The notes: a model not told the origin generated them from the sequence alone. Numbered from the whole stretch's first letter, positions 12,702 to 24,936 are shown. The stretch: 63,954 nucleotides of DNA, filler included, from Octopus bimaculoides (GCF_001194135.2; 6 parts of 6 records of this genome joined end to end with filler, not necessarily neighbours in it), one strand, 5' to 3'. Numbers and translations are program-made.

Positions 12702-14290
12702 TCAAATGAAGAAAGGAAGTGCGTTGAGCCCATATGGCGCAAAAGAACGAAGAGAGAAGATTAATACCTGTTCACGGTGAAGACAGGTGGCCCCTGAGCA
12801 GAGAGAGTCTGAACACAGACAGATATTGTAGCGAATGACTGGTAGAGCGGAAATGGTGCGAGACCGGGGTGTCATTGCCGAGTCTGATATCATGGAGATG
12901 CTCTGCAAAACGGTCAGCCAAGCGGCATCCCGTTTGACCAATGTACAAAGAAGGACAGAGAGACCATAAGATACAGTAGACGGCATTAATAGAGGTGCAA
13001 GTAAAGGAGTCGGTGACGTAATAGAGACGGTGATGGGTGCCTGTGAGAAAGGTGATGATGGAGAGGTGGGGTAGGTGCGACAGCGGAAACAGGAGCAGAG
13101 GAAGGAGCCATGCTAGGAGGCGGGGGTAGGGAAGAAACTGTGGACCAAGAAGTCACGCAGACTATGAACTTGTTTGAAGGAGGTAAGTAGTAGGTTAGGG
13201 AAGATGTGCGAGGTGGAGGGGTCGGACTGGAGTCGCTGGAATGCTCAGAGGGAGGGATAGGTTGGAGGGGTGGTAGGTGAGAGGAAGCTAGAGACGGGTA
13301 AGGGTAAGGTGGGTACGAGGACAAAATATAGCAGAAGCACGATCCATAGCTCGTGCCCTGGCAAGGGCAGTGTGAAAAAAGGTGAGGGAACATCCACGTA
13401 GGATGAAGTGGTGAGCCATAAGTTGAGACTGAGTCTCAAAGTCATGGTCGTCACGGCAGAGCCTGGGTAGACGGAGGAACTGGGAGTTGGAGATGGAGAG
13501 CTTAGTGTGGGTAGGGTGGGAGGAAGAGAAGTTAAGGCAGGAGTGTGAGCCAGTGTGTTTGTAGTGAGAGCGGAGTAGTGGATGCTGATAGAAATGTCAA
13601 GAAATTCGACGGAAGAGTTAGAGACAGTGCAGGAGAATTCGAGGACAGGATGGAAGGATTGGACAGAGGGGGAGAAGGAGTCCAGTTGTTTGCGGGGGAG
13701 TGATGTCACGCCATACAATCATCGATATAACGACTGTATAGCTCGTCAGTGGGACGAATTGTGAGAATATTTGGGCCTCAACGTAGCCAACGAACAGGTT
13801 GGCACAGTTGGAGCCTATTCTAATTCCCGTGGCCACTCCCGAGACATGTTGGTAAAAAACTCCCCCACAAACAAGAAGCAATTGAGGGAGAGGACAAGTT
13901 TGGCCAGACAAAAAAGTGTGGAGGTGTCAGGTTGAGGGTCATGGCGAAGGTCTCGCAAGTGCTTAAACGCAAGAAGTCCACTGTATATAAACTTTTGATA
14001 TGAAGAGAGTGAACAGAAGTTGAGAGGGGTCAAAAAGTAAGGACAGAGAGTTAAAAAGACAGAGAGTAAATAGTGGAGATGCGTGGAGTACAGACAATGA
14101 GGTTGCAGGCGGTGGGAGGGAGACGAGAGGACGAAATAAGGTCATGAATAGTAGAGGACAGTCTGTTGGTAGTTAGACATGGGTTTGGGAGGCAGAGGGC
14201 AATAGAAGGAGATGTCTTGAAGTCGGCAGAGAGCTTCAGCCTTGTAAATGTCCGCACGCCACACCACTACAGCTCCACCCCTGTCGGCCA
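12702..14290 (-). mobile_element. Penelope-like element, 5'-truncated and degenerate (RT + GIY-YIG)
   Basis: Minus fragments ADRGGAVVVW, GVATGIRIGSNCANLFVGYVE and VEFLDISI, then C-terminal NAVYCI...LYIGQTGCRLADRFAEH (GIY-YIG). Many frameshifts; GC-richer than the flanks. Confidence 0.85.
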
Positions 14291-14706
14291 TGTCCAACGA
14301 TGGAATGAGTGCTCAACACCGCATTGGTGGATATTATTTCTTTATTTGTGAATGAAGGCTACCGTTGGTTTCATGTTAACAAAAGTAGGAAAATATTCTA
14401 GTGTCTTAACAATTTTTCAAGCGGATCATATGGGAAAAGGTGTTCGTCTCCATTTTGGAAAACCGTCACGCTTCGTTCACGAAGTTTCTTGTAAATTCGC
14501 ATAAATAAAACAATGAATTAATAAATCAAGGGACATTACTCTTGAGTGGCATCATTTGGATGTTTGTCTCCTCCGAATTTGCCTTTTGGGCAATGCTTTT
14601 CTACATCAATTTGTTTGCATTATTTTGTTTTTGTTCTGGACGTGGTGTTCTTATACTTGTGTGCTGAGGTAGTTCGTTATTGGGGCATATTTCTTCTTTA
14701 TGCATG

Positions 14707-14707
<1 letters not shown>

Positions 14708-14795
<88 letters not shown>
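14708..14795. repeat. (TA)n microsatellite
   Basis: Directly visible. Confidence 0.95.
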
Positions 14796-14797
<2 letters not shown>

Positions 14798-14829
14798 GTA
14801 AAAATATGTGACACTTATTCAGTAGCCAT

Positions 14830-14890
14830 GATAAAACTCCGAGTTTCGGATGCCAGAGTGGGAGGTCACGCCAACATCTTTTCAGTTATC
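14830..14890 (-). ncRNA. Hammerhead-like motif in the PLE 3' repeat, core mutated (G8 to A)
   Basis: GAUAA-CUGAAAA-GAUGUUGG-loop-CUGGCAUC-C-GAA-ACU-CGG-AGU-U-UUAUC. Perfect 5-bp stem I and an 8-bp stem II with wobbles. Confidence 0.55.
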
Positions 14891-15433
14891 CGGCCAATTG
14901 AAGATTCCTGTGAAAAATGACCGTTAAAAACAAAGGGAAATTACTGTGTAGTAACAAAACGCGTCTAAAACTGCGTATATTATCGCATGCACGCATATAT
15001 CCATATACGCACGCACATATCTCTATATACGCACGCATATATCTACATACGCACGCATCCACGTGCAGACTCACAAGCGCGCACATATAAAGTTCTTTGT
15101 ACGTGTCTATAAGCGTACAGGAAAAACCTTTGGAGGGAAGAAAACAGAAAACTATATGTGGAAAAATACAAAAACATTAACCCTATAATTATGTAAAAAA
15201 ACATAAAAATAATTTTAAAAAAAATAATAATATAAAAATATATAAATATAAAATCCAGGTAAAAAAAAAGTGAAAAGCTTATACATACACACAATATAGA
15301 AGCCTATCAGTACAGTCCCATCAGCAGGTCCTATCAGTACAAATATTAAAAAATATATATAAAAAACATATATGCAATGTAAGTAATAATTATAGAGAGA
15401 CTCAAAAATAGAAAGCATGTACAATCAGTAAAC

Positions 15434-16954
15434 TCAGGGGGACCAAAAACGTAGCAAATATTTGGTCACATGTGGACATGATCCGAAAAGTTCAGTCTTT
15501 GAATTTAGACATGTGGTAGAGTCCAAGCTGCCTTTCCAGATGAGCCATCTTTCCATATCACATAGACCGCACGTTCTACTGCCGCTGGTGTAAGGTTTAC
15601 ACTTGGCTAGGATCTTCCAATGGATGTTGTAACTGACACCTTTATCTTTTAAAGACCATATATGACTGGATAATTTTGTCGTTTTTCTTTTGTCCCAGTG
15701 CCTGAAACTCAAAGTGTGATTATTGTATCTGGCCTTGAAATTACCCTCTGTGAGGCCCACGTATTTCTTCGTGGAAACTGCGTCCTTAGTGGATACAGCA
15801 TCTACGGTGGCTTCATAAATGATGGTTTCGGACATGCAAGCTCCATTTAGCGGGCACAAGTTTTTACCTCTGCATGAACAGCTGGCTTTATATTGCGGCT
15901 TTTGTGTGTTGTGTGCGATTATGTTCTTAAAATTAGCAGTTGAGCTGAAACTGATTTTTAAGTTATGTCTGTTGAAGATCTTCCTATAATTATGGTTAAC
16001 TGGAAAGTGTCTGTCTATCAATGCTAAGAAATATCTGCCTATATTAAAGGTCACTTCAGGTGAGTAGTGGGGTGTGAACCAGATGATTTTCGTATTCCTA
16101 TGCTTTCTTCTCTTTGCCACTGGATTGGTGGTAGGTGTATAGGTTATTCCCTCGTTAAAACCACTATCTTTTAGAGCCTTATTATATACTGGGGCAACGC
16201 TATTGAAAATGTCCTTATCAGAGGAGAGGCTAGATATTATTTTACTAATGTTCTTAACTAAATTTCTAAACACTATGGGGGGATGGCAGGAACCCACATT
16301 GATGTAACTAAGTCTATCGTTGGGCTTCCTATAAGGTTTATAAATATTCTTATTTAGATCTAGGGACACATCTAGGTAGTTGATGACCGTCAGGTTGTTA
16401 TCTGTAGTTATAATAAGACCGAAGGTTTTCATCAAATGGATAATATTCTTTCTGAATCGATCTTGTGCTGGTCCATTTGTATTAGCGGTTAAAGCTAGGG
16501 CATCATCTTTGTAAATTGCGAAGTGTACGTTAGGAAAAGTCTTGCACGACGTATCTAGTAGGAATAGTCCAATAAGATTGCATATGCATGCTCCATCATA
16601 TGACCCCATGCTTACATCGAAAGTACCCTCTGTATCGGTAGCCTTGACCCACTCTGCGTTCTCGCTGAAGAGTAAAGTCTTTCTAGCATGGAAGATTATA
16701 TCTTCATCTTGTGTACTGATTTCTATAAATCCGCTTGCGAAAGTAAGGGCTTTATCTAACAGTTCTTTGGAGATAGAAGCATAAAAATCAACAATATCGA
16801 ACTGCGTGAATCTCGCATTTTTCTTATTCTTAATACCTTTAAACCAGTCGACGATTTCTATACTATTGGACCATTGTACTAACCTAGTGGCATTCCTGAC
16901 TTCCGCATTAATTTTCCCTAAAATTTCTTTACTAATAATGCCAAGCTCTGATTT
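15434..16954 (-). CDS. PLE reverse transcriptase + Cys-rich linker + GIY-YIG endonuclease (5'-truncated, uninterrupted frame)
   Basis: I translated upstream of the track's Met at 16609 and found no stop up to about 16954: FDIVDFYASI, MGSYDG, AIYKDD, INYLDV, YRKPND, CSCRGKNLCPLNGAC, IIYEATV...YVGLTEGNFKARYNNH. Confidence 0.88.
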   Translation of the reverse strand, partial: KSELGIISKEILGKINAEVRNATRLVQWSNSIEIVDWFKGIKNKKNARFTQFDIVDFYASISKELLDKALTFASGFIEISTQDEDIIFHARKTLLFSENAEWVKATDTEGTFDVSMGSYDGACICNLIGLFLLDTSCKTFPNVHFAIYKDDALALTANTNGPAQDRFRKNIIHLMKTFGLIITTDNNLTVINYLDVSLDLNKNIYKPYRKPNDRLSYINVGSCHPPIVFRNLVKNISKIISSLSSDKDIFNSVAPVYNKALKDSGFNEGITYTPTTNPVAKRRKHRNTKIIWFTPHYSPEVTFNIGRYFLALIDRHFPVNHNYRKIFNRHNLKISFSSTANFKNIIAHNTQKPQYKASCSCRGKNLCPLNGACMSETIIYEATVDAVSTKDAVSTKKYVGLTEGNFKARYNNHTLSFRHWDKRKTTKLSSHIWSLKDKGVSYNIHWKILAKCKPYTSGSRTCGLCDMERWLIWKGSLDSTTCLNSKTELFGSCPHVTKYLLRFWSP

Positions 16955-17383
16955 TTGTGTCTCTCTATAATTATTACTTACATTTCTTATATATTTTTTA
17001 TATATATTTTTTAATGTTTGTACTGATAGGACCTGCTGATGGGACTGTACTGATAGGCTTCTATGCTGTGTCTATGTATAAGCTTTTCACTTTTTTTACC
17101 TGGATTTTATATTTTTATATCTTTATATTATTATATATTTTTTTTTGTTTTTTACATAATTATAGGGTTAATGTTTTTGTATTTTTCCACATACAGTTTT
17201 CTGTTTTCTCGCCTCGAAATTGTTTTCCTGTACGCTTATAGACACGTACAAGGAACTTTATATGTGCGCGCTTGTGAGTGTGCGCGTGAATGCGTGCGTA
17301 TGTAGATATATGCGTGCGTATATAGAGATATGTGCGTGCGTATATGGATATATGCATGCATGCGATAATATACGCAGTTTTAG

Positions 17384-17483
17384 NNNNNNNNNNNNNNNNN
17401 NNNNNNNNNNNNNNNNNNNNNNNNNNNTTAATTAATTAANNNNNNNNNNNNNNNNNNNNNNNNNNNNNNNNNNNNNNNNNNNN
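17384..17483. other. Artificial scaffold spacer (N44-TTAATTAATTAA-N44)
   Basis: Exact 100-bp construct with stop codons in all six frames; occurs five times. Confidence 0.95.
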
Positions 17484-17899
17484 ACGATGGCTTTTAGTAA
17501 CCATTTCAGGTTTCATTTGATATCCATCTTTTCCATCAATATGAAGATTCAATTTGATAAGGCTTTCGTTTCCCTCACACCACACCACACCACACCACAC
17601 CACACCACAAATGGACATTAATGTAATTAATGCAAATGGAAGATAACATCGAAGCTTTTGAAGCACCGTGAAGTAGTTGAAGGGGTGCGGGGGACGTGAG
17701 TGTTTTGGGAAAGGCGTAATTAGGTCATAACTGAAAGGAAATGTTGGGATGCAATGACGAGATAACATAAGGTTGAAATAAAAGAGACAAAGTACTGTTA
17801 TAAATTTCTGTCTTTGGTGCAAAGGCTGCGGTAGATTTTTATGGAGAGAAGAAGGGATTTAGGGAATCTAATGAATAACAGTCCGCAACTTGTTATTTA

Positions 17900-18520
17900 T
17901 TTTATCAGGGCCTTGGAAGAATGGAAAACGATGTTAAACCTGAGCTGAGGTTTAAACTCTGATGGAGATGAGGAGACATAACTGAATACCATGTGATGTT
18001 TTATTGTTTCTGTGACTCTCTGCAACTGTCTTATGCTAGAATATAATAACCAAACCAATATTAGAACGTAAGAATGGTGATGATCCAAACTATGATGATG
18101 ATGATTTGTATAATTTCTCATGTGATGAACAGGTTTGCTGATTATATCTGATAATATATCTGTATTGTCAATGCAGAAATAAGGAAATATGTCAATATGT
18201 CAATCTCTTGAAATGTCAACTTCAAAAGATCCATTGTTGTTGGACTAATTTATGGAAAGGATGTAACTAAACATGCTCTTTCTCATATAAATACACTTTC
18301 AGAAATACTACAGATTGGGTGGTGATATACTCATAGAATCATACCCACATATACTAGGTATGTGGGTACTAGAATATGTAATACACTGTCTAAATACCAA
18401 TCTTGAGAAATTAGGATTCTCAAAACCAGAAAGGAGAAAGCTGATTTGAAGACTACAGAGTCAAACCACCACCGGAACTTGAAAAATCTAAAACTTTCCA
18501 GAAGTTTATCATCTACCATG
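17900..18520 (+). mobile_element. Probable highly decayed RLE-type LINE 3' fragment
   Basis: Plus translation near the end, VIHCLNTNLEKLGFSKPERRKLI*RLQSQTTTGT, resembles the terminal helix of RLE LINE ORFs. The upstream part is not clearly assignable. Confidence 0.35.
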
Positions 18521-19318
18521 ATAGTACTCTTGTGTTTTTCTCCATCACAACATATGAATGAGAAAGGAAGGGGTGATAAATGGATAAGGAAGGAAGGGGT
18601 GATAGCAAACTGGTAGTGGGAGCGTTTCAACTCTGTGTGAGTAAGTGTGTGTGTATGTAAAACGGAGATATGTGAATGTTTGTGTGTGTGTGTGCAATGG
18701 GAGTGGGATGGTGAACATTCAATGCTGAAAAGAAAGATGGCGCGGGGCCAGCTAGTTTAAGTATGTATGAGAATGTCTAGATATGTGACTATATGCATGA
18801 AAATACACATATACATAAAACAAAACACACAAATCTGCATGCATATATACATACATATATAAATACATAACGAAGACATAGATATGAAACACTCAGCTTA
18901 ACCCCCACCCCCTGAAAAAAGGCTATGCGTGGCTATGTTTCTCAAAGACTTGAAGATGACAGTAATATTGACAAGTGTAGCCTGTCTTAGATTTGTGACT
19001 GTTACATCACATCACACTTCAAAGGCTATGCATTTGCAATCCAAGAATAGGAGATTGCTACAAAATACCTAATATACAAAAGAGACACCTTGGAGTTCCA
19101 AGATGTAACTGAAAACATAGATTATGTCACATTTCTGTGGAAGACATCACACGTGATTAGTAGCTGCTCTAATATGTTATCAAGATACTACTTTCCTATG
19201 CAGCATAATATTGTCACTAAAACAATATACAATATGATCTAAAAAAAAGACTGTCCTGGGATAAATATAGTGAACTTGTTACTGTATATATGTTATTTGT
19301 TACTATATACATACATAG

Positions 19319-19640
19319 TGGAGACGCGTGGCTTAGTGGTTAGGGTGTCAGCATCATGATCGTAAGATTGTGGTTTCGATTCTTGGACCAGGCAACGCAT
19401 TGTGTTCTTGAGCAAAACACTTCATTCCACGTTGCTCCAGTCCACTCAGCTGGCAAAAATGAATAACGCTGCGATGGACTGGCGTCCCATCCAGCTGGGG
19501 NNNNNNNNNNCTCCAGTCCACTCAGCTGGCAAAAATGAATAACGCTGCGATGGACTGGCGTCCCATCCAGCTGGGGAACACATACGCCATAGAAACCAGG
19601 AAACCGGGCCCATGAGCCTGGCTAGGCTTTAAAAGGGCGC
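19319..19640 (+). mobile_element. tRNA-derived SINE, family B (V/Meta-domain-like body)
   Basis: A box TGGCTTAGTGG and B box GGTTTCGATTC. Body TGTGTTCTTGAGCAAAACACTT...GCGATGGACTGGCGTCCCATCCAG resembles the central domains of V-type SINEs. About 67 bp is duplicated across an N10 gap (artifact). Confidence 0.72.
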
Positions 19641-20196
19641 ATCTATTGTATCTTATACATACATAAACATCAATGATGCCCTTAAAGCCAAGAACTTCTC
19701 AGCACCTACTCATATAAGCATATTCTGTCTGTCTATATATCAGTCTATCTATATAACTGTCTGTCTGTATGTTTCTTTGTCTGCCTCTTTCTCTCTCTCT
19801 GTCTCTCTTTCTCACACACATGCGTGCACACACACACACACACACACATACATGCACACAAACACAAACACACATGCACAAATCTCCTTATTTCTGAATA
19901 ATGGTGAATGGCAGGCAAGCCTTATCTTAAGATCCTATAAAACTTTGTATTAACGATTTCTAGTTGGACGCTAATAAATAAAGTATTACAGAGTTGTGAG
20001 CCATGAAAGAGGAATGTAGATCTGTCCTAGCAAAATACCTTCATGATAACAAGCGATTCGAATTATACGCTGGAAGTCTATCTCTGGAAGATTCAAAAGA
20101 CGGAATGAACCAAACAAAAATAATATTCATATACGGAAAAACATACAAATTGTTTTAAACCTGTTTTTGTCTCTCTTTTCTCTTCTAATTTTTCAG

Positions 20197-20621
20197 GAAA
20201 AACTACATTTTTAACATTCCTTCTGCTGCTGGTATCTTTNNNNNNNNNNNNNNNNNNNNNNNNNNNNNNNNNNNNNNNNNNNNNNNNNNNNNNNNNNNNN
20301 NNNNNNNNNNNNNNNNNNNNNNNNNNNNNNNNNNNNNNNNNNNNNNNNNNNNNNNNNNNNNNNNNNNNNNNNNNNNNNNNNNNNNNNNNNNNNNNNNNNN
20401 NNNNNNNNNNNNNNNNNNNNNNNNNNNNNNNNNNNNNNNNNNNNNNNNNNNNNNNNNNNNNNNNNNNNNNNNNNNNNNNNNNNNNNNNNCCTCCTTCTCC
20501 TTCTCCTTCTTCTTCTTCTTCTTCTTTAGGAGGTGTGTCACTTTCAATCAGGGATCCGGAATCCTTTGACAAGTTAGAAATTACGGATTCAAATCAAGAT
20601 GTTATTTTAGAAATATTATAA
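20197..20621 (+). CDS. Weak candidate exon spanning a gap (Ser/Pro-rich)
   Basis: Strong acceptor (long pyrimidine tract, CTAAT, TTTTCAG at 20196). After the gap an open frame PSPSPSSSSSSLGGVSLSIRDPESFDKLEITDSNQDVILEIL runs to TAA. The minus strand is also open, so the strand is ambiguous. Confidence 0.2.
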
Positions 20622-20699
20622 AGAGATTACAATGTTAACTTTTCTTTTATTGTTTTGCTTTTTTTTATTCAAATTTTCTTTATTGTTTTAATTTTATTT

Positions 20700-21400
20700 T
20701 TTATTTGCTTCAGTCACTGGACTGTGGCTATGTTTGGGCATCAATTTAAAGGGTTCAGTACTTATTCTTTAAGTCTGGTGCTTATTCTATTTGATCTCTT
20801 TTGCTGAACTGATAAGTTACAGGGACATAAACAAACCACCACCAGTTGTCAAGTAGGGGTCTGGGGCACACACACACACACACACACACACACATTATTC
20901 TAAGAATATTATTAGCTGTGATTTTGACCAGCTAAGCCATTGTCTGACAATGGCTTTTCTGGCAGAAACTTAGAAATCTCTGTTTAAAAATAAAAGTGTG
21001 GAGTAAGCCATCAGATTAATGTAAAATTAGTTTTTATCATAACTGAACATGAAAACAAATATTAATGCATATCTGGGTACAGGACGTCACAAGAAAACGT
21101 GGGCAAAATGAGAAACAGAACATAAACAGAGCACAGAAAACACACAGGTCACATAGAGAACATTTCGTTCATCAGCTGCCACTATTCTAAAACTAAGCGT
21201 TTCAAAGAGTTAGGGCAGCTAAATATTTCGAAAAGTTATATATATATATATGAAATTTTGAAGCTAGTCCACAGGTCCCCAGTACTACCTTTGTAGACCA
21301 CCAAGGGTCTGCAGACCTCAGGTTGGGAACCATTGCCTTAGTGCCATGCTTGGGAATGAACTTGGAACTTCTAGATGGCTCACTGCATTAACCAATGCCT
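20700..21400 (-). mobile_element. Old SINE family A copy with internal insertions
   Basis: Tail at about 20700-20880 and diverged head at about 21345-21400; the internal segment is shared with 22325-22520. Confidence 0.55.
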
Positions 21401-21940
21401 GTAGGCCGTGCCAGAGTGAATATTTAAGGTTTATAAATGTCCATTGATGTCTAATGTCCTTGTCTCAGAAATATAGAATTGTAGTCGAATAATTGTCTGA
21501 ACAACAGTAGCAACAGTATGCTATCCACTCCAGGGAGAAAAACTGTCTCTCAATCAATTAGCAATTATAAAACCTAAGTAAACTTCACAATTTATCACAT
21601 CATCGAACGAAGGCAGCAGAAAAAAAAATGTGTCTGCATTATTGAAATAGATAAATATATAGTATAGAAGATAAAAAAAAACAAACAAATATATTTGCAA
21701 TATGAAAAAGTTTCAGATGAATAATCTTACAGGAAAATGTAAAATGTCTGTCAGAATGAATAATTGTATCGATGTTGATTAAGCTGCCATCAATTGTATT
21801 GTAGCAAACCTATCAATAAATTTTATCGGACAACTGGCTTAATGTCAAATACTTTAAAGAGTTCACACACTCCACAACAGTATTTAAAACATGTATGTAT
21901 ATATGCATACATGTATTTTTTTTTTACTATATATTTTTTA

Positions 21941-22625
21941 AGGTGCAGGCATGACTGTGTGGTTAAAAAGCTTGTTTCTTAACCATGTAGCCTCAGGTTC
22001 AATCCCACTTTGTAGCACCTTGAGCAAATGCTTTCTGCTATAGTCTCATGCTTACCAAAGTTTTGTGAGTAGATTTGGTTTACAGAAACTGAAAGGATCT
22101 TGTTGTGCATGTACCACGTGGGTAGAACCTGAGGATTGCACGAAGGCATCAGGTATGTTATTAAATGCTGTCTGTGTTGTTAATCATCACGTGAGGCTTA
22201 TTAGTAGCTCATAAAATTATATACCGTGTTTATTAAATAATATTCATCTCTCACCAGATGGAGTACATTTTTTGTTGATCTTACCATCATGGAACAATAC
22301 ACTACACACACATACACACACACACACGCATTAATGTTTGATTTTTATGTTCAGTTATAATAAAAAGAATCTTACATTAATCTGAAGAGTTAGTCTATGC
22401 TTTAATAGGGTATAAATTTATTATTCTTAAAGCAGTGACTTCAAAGTCAGATAATCCATCGTCCGGCAATGGCTTAGCTGGTCAAAGTCACTGTCAATAA
22501 TATTCTTAGAATAATGTGTGTGTGTGTGTTTGTGTATGTGCCCCGGACCCCTGCTTGATAACTAGTGTTGGTTTGTTTATGTCCCTGTAACTTAGCAGTT
22601 CAGCAAGAGAGAATAAGCACCAGAC
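21941..22625 (+). mobile_element. Old SINE family A copy with internal insertions
   Basis: Head GGCATGACTGTGTGGTTAA...GGTTCAATCCC at 21948-22005; second half at 22530-22625. Confidence 0.6.
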
Positions 22626-22721
22626 GCCCAAACACATGTATGTATGTATGTATGTATGTACGTATATACCCCCCACACATATTTATATGCATTTATATAT
22701 ATGTGTGTCTATCTATCTATT

Positions 22722-22753
<32 letters not shown>

Positions 22754-22764
22754 TGTATCTATTT

Positions 22765-22795
<31 letters not shown>

Positions 22796-22862
22796 ATATA
22801 TATATATATATCTATCTATCTATATGTATATATATATATATCGTTTNNNNNNNNNNNNNNNN

Positions 22863-22973
<111 letters not shown>

Positions 22974-23269
22974 TATGTATGCATGTATGACAGACTTCTG
23001 ATATTTTTGGTCTACCAAAATCCACTCACAAAATTTGTCAATAATTTTTTTTTTCAAATTTCAACTAAACTGCTGTAATTAAATTACAGATAAAATGTGA
23101 AGCAAATTGCTTTCAAAATATATTGTGTGTTCTAATTTATATTGTGTGTTATCCTTCATAATGTTGTTCAAACTGAAATCACTAAAATCCTCAAATATGT
23201 CTTTGAAGTGAATATAGGGCAACGGGCACTGGGCTGATATTATTGATCCGTAGAAGACGGCGTCAGAGA

Positions 23270-23290
23270 AAAGTTTAGGAAGCACTGATT
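23270..23290 (-). mobile_element. Isolated hAT-like terminal inverted repeat
   Basis: Reverse complement CAGTGCTTCCTAAACTTTT resembles hAT MITE termini. Similar motifs at about 21320-21335 and 34300-34315. Partner end and 8-bp TSD not identified. Confidence 0.3.
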
Positions 23291-23453
23291 TTAAACAATT
23301 GTTATATGGAACATGTGATTTTATAGGAAACAGTACCCACTCAATCATGAAATAGCGGTGATATCTATTTTTAGCTTGGTTGAATAAATAAAATAAAGTA
23401 CTTTATTTGGAAGTATAATATATAATGATTGCGGTATGGTTTGAACGCATTAG

Positions 23454-23998
23454 TAGGCTCAGGAGTGGCTGTGTGGTAAGTAGCTTGCTTACCAATCACA
23501 TGGTTCTGGATTCAGTCCCACTGCGTGGCACCTTGGGCAAGTGTCTTCTTCTATAGCCTCGGGCCGACAAAAGCCTTGTGAGTGGATTTGGTAGACGGAA
23601 ACTGAAAGAAGCCCGTTGTATATATGTATATATATATATATATATATATNNNNNNNNNNNNNNNNNNNNNNNNNNNNNNNNNNNNNNNNNNNNNNNNNNN
23701 NNNNNNNNNNNNNNNNNNNNNNNNNNNNNNNNNNNNNNNNNNNNNNNNNNNNNNNNNNNNNNNNNNNNNNNNNNNTGTATGTATGTGTGTATGTGTTTGT
23801 GTCTGTGTTTGTCCCCCAACATCGCTTGACAACCGATGCTAGTGTATTTACGTCCCCGTAACTTAGCCGTTCGGCAAAATAGACCGATAGAATAAGTACC
23901 AGGCTTACAAAGAATAAGTCCCGGGGTTTGATTTGCTCGACTAAAGGCGGTGCTCCAGCATGGCCACAGTCAAATGACTGAAACAAGTAAAGGAGTAA
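23454..23998 (+). mobile_element. tRNA-derived SINE family A, complete
   Basis: Head AGGAGTGGCTGTGTGGTAAG...GGATTCAGTCCC, internal (TA)n partly in a gap, and the conserved tail. Confidence 0.85.
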
Positions 23999-24429
23999 GT
24001 CCAGAAACATAATAAACAATCCAGAATATTCTAGCCCTAGCCAACCCCATTCTATATTCATATTGGAATCTGGTTATTGAAATATCTATGTTTTGGAAAG
24101 TTTCATATTTTCTTTCTCATTTTATAAATTTTTCATTCTTTCTAATGACATTTAGAGGATTTAATAAGATATAACGATATAATTAACATTCATTTCAGAT
24201 GGCCAAGGCCATGATATCCTCTGGGGGTACGTGTTCTGACATTTGACATAGCACATTTATGTTCAGATAAATAAATAAATAAATAAATAAATAAAAGGCA
24301 GACCAGTCACATGAGCCTGAGTAATCAATACTTAGCAGATAGACAACCACACACACAAACATACACACACATATATATGTATATAAATACATACATGCAT
24401 ATGCACACATACACACATTATTATCACCG

Positions 24430-24936
24430 TCATCATCATCATTGAGTGACTGCTTCCCATGCTGGCATGGGTTAGACAGTTGGACTGGAACTGGTAGGCT
24501 GGAGAGCTGCACCTTGCCCCAGTTTGTTTAGGCCTGGTTTCTATGGCTGGATACCCTACTTAATGCCAACCACTCCACAGTGTACTGGCTGCCTTCTATG
24601 TGTCACCAGCATTGGCCATGACTGTGATTTCACTTAGTTTGATGTGTCTTCTCAAGCACAGCAACTTGCCAAATACCTCAGTCACTTTATATATGTGTAT
24701 ATATATGGCCGTCGGCAGTACTTGCCTGACTGGCCCTCATGCCGGTGGCACGTAAAAGCACCCACTACACTCTCGGAGTGGTTGGCGTTAGGAAGGGCAT
24801 CCAGCTGTAGAAACTCTGCCAAATCAGATTGGAGCCTGGTGTAGCCATCCGGTTTCACCAGTCCTCAGTCAAATCGTCCAACCCATGCTAGCATGGATAG
24901 CGGACGTTAAACAATGACAACGATAATGATGATGAT
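24430..24936. repeat. Foldback element made of two inverted copies of a repeat of about 185 bp
   Basis: 24430-24612 is a diverged reverse complement of 24745-24936 (GTTAGGAAGGGCATCCAGCTGTAGAAAC ... CCATGCTAGCATGG ... GATGATGATG). Confidence 0.8.

Larger units (their letters stand above)
14800..17383 (-). mobile_element. Young Penelope-like element with an inverted copy of its 3' UTR at the 5' truncation point
   Basis: ORF 15434-16954; 3' UTR about 14800-15433 containing a hammerhead motif. 16957-17383 is the reverse complement of about 14965-15405. Confidence 0.88.

Noticed and set aside
18331-18630. 99-aa minus ORF as a membrane protein
   Set aside because: It overlaps a probable + strand LINE relic, with no splice or homology support.
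19319-19390. SINE heads (also 4250-4324, 23454-23525, 55874-55960) as tRNA genes
   Set aside because: A/B boxes are present, but there is no complete cloverleaf and they run into SINE bodies.
19434-19577. Tandem duplication inside a SINE around N10
   Set aside because: Same contig-overlap artifact.
20093-20572. Minus-strand Glu-rich ORF as a gene
   Set aside because: It is driven by a (CTT)n repeat and a gap, has an upstream stop within 8 codons, and the opposite strand has the better splice signal.
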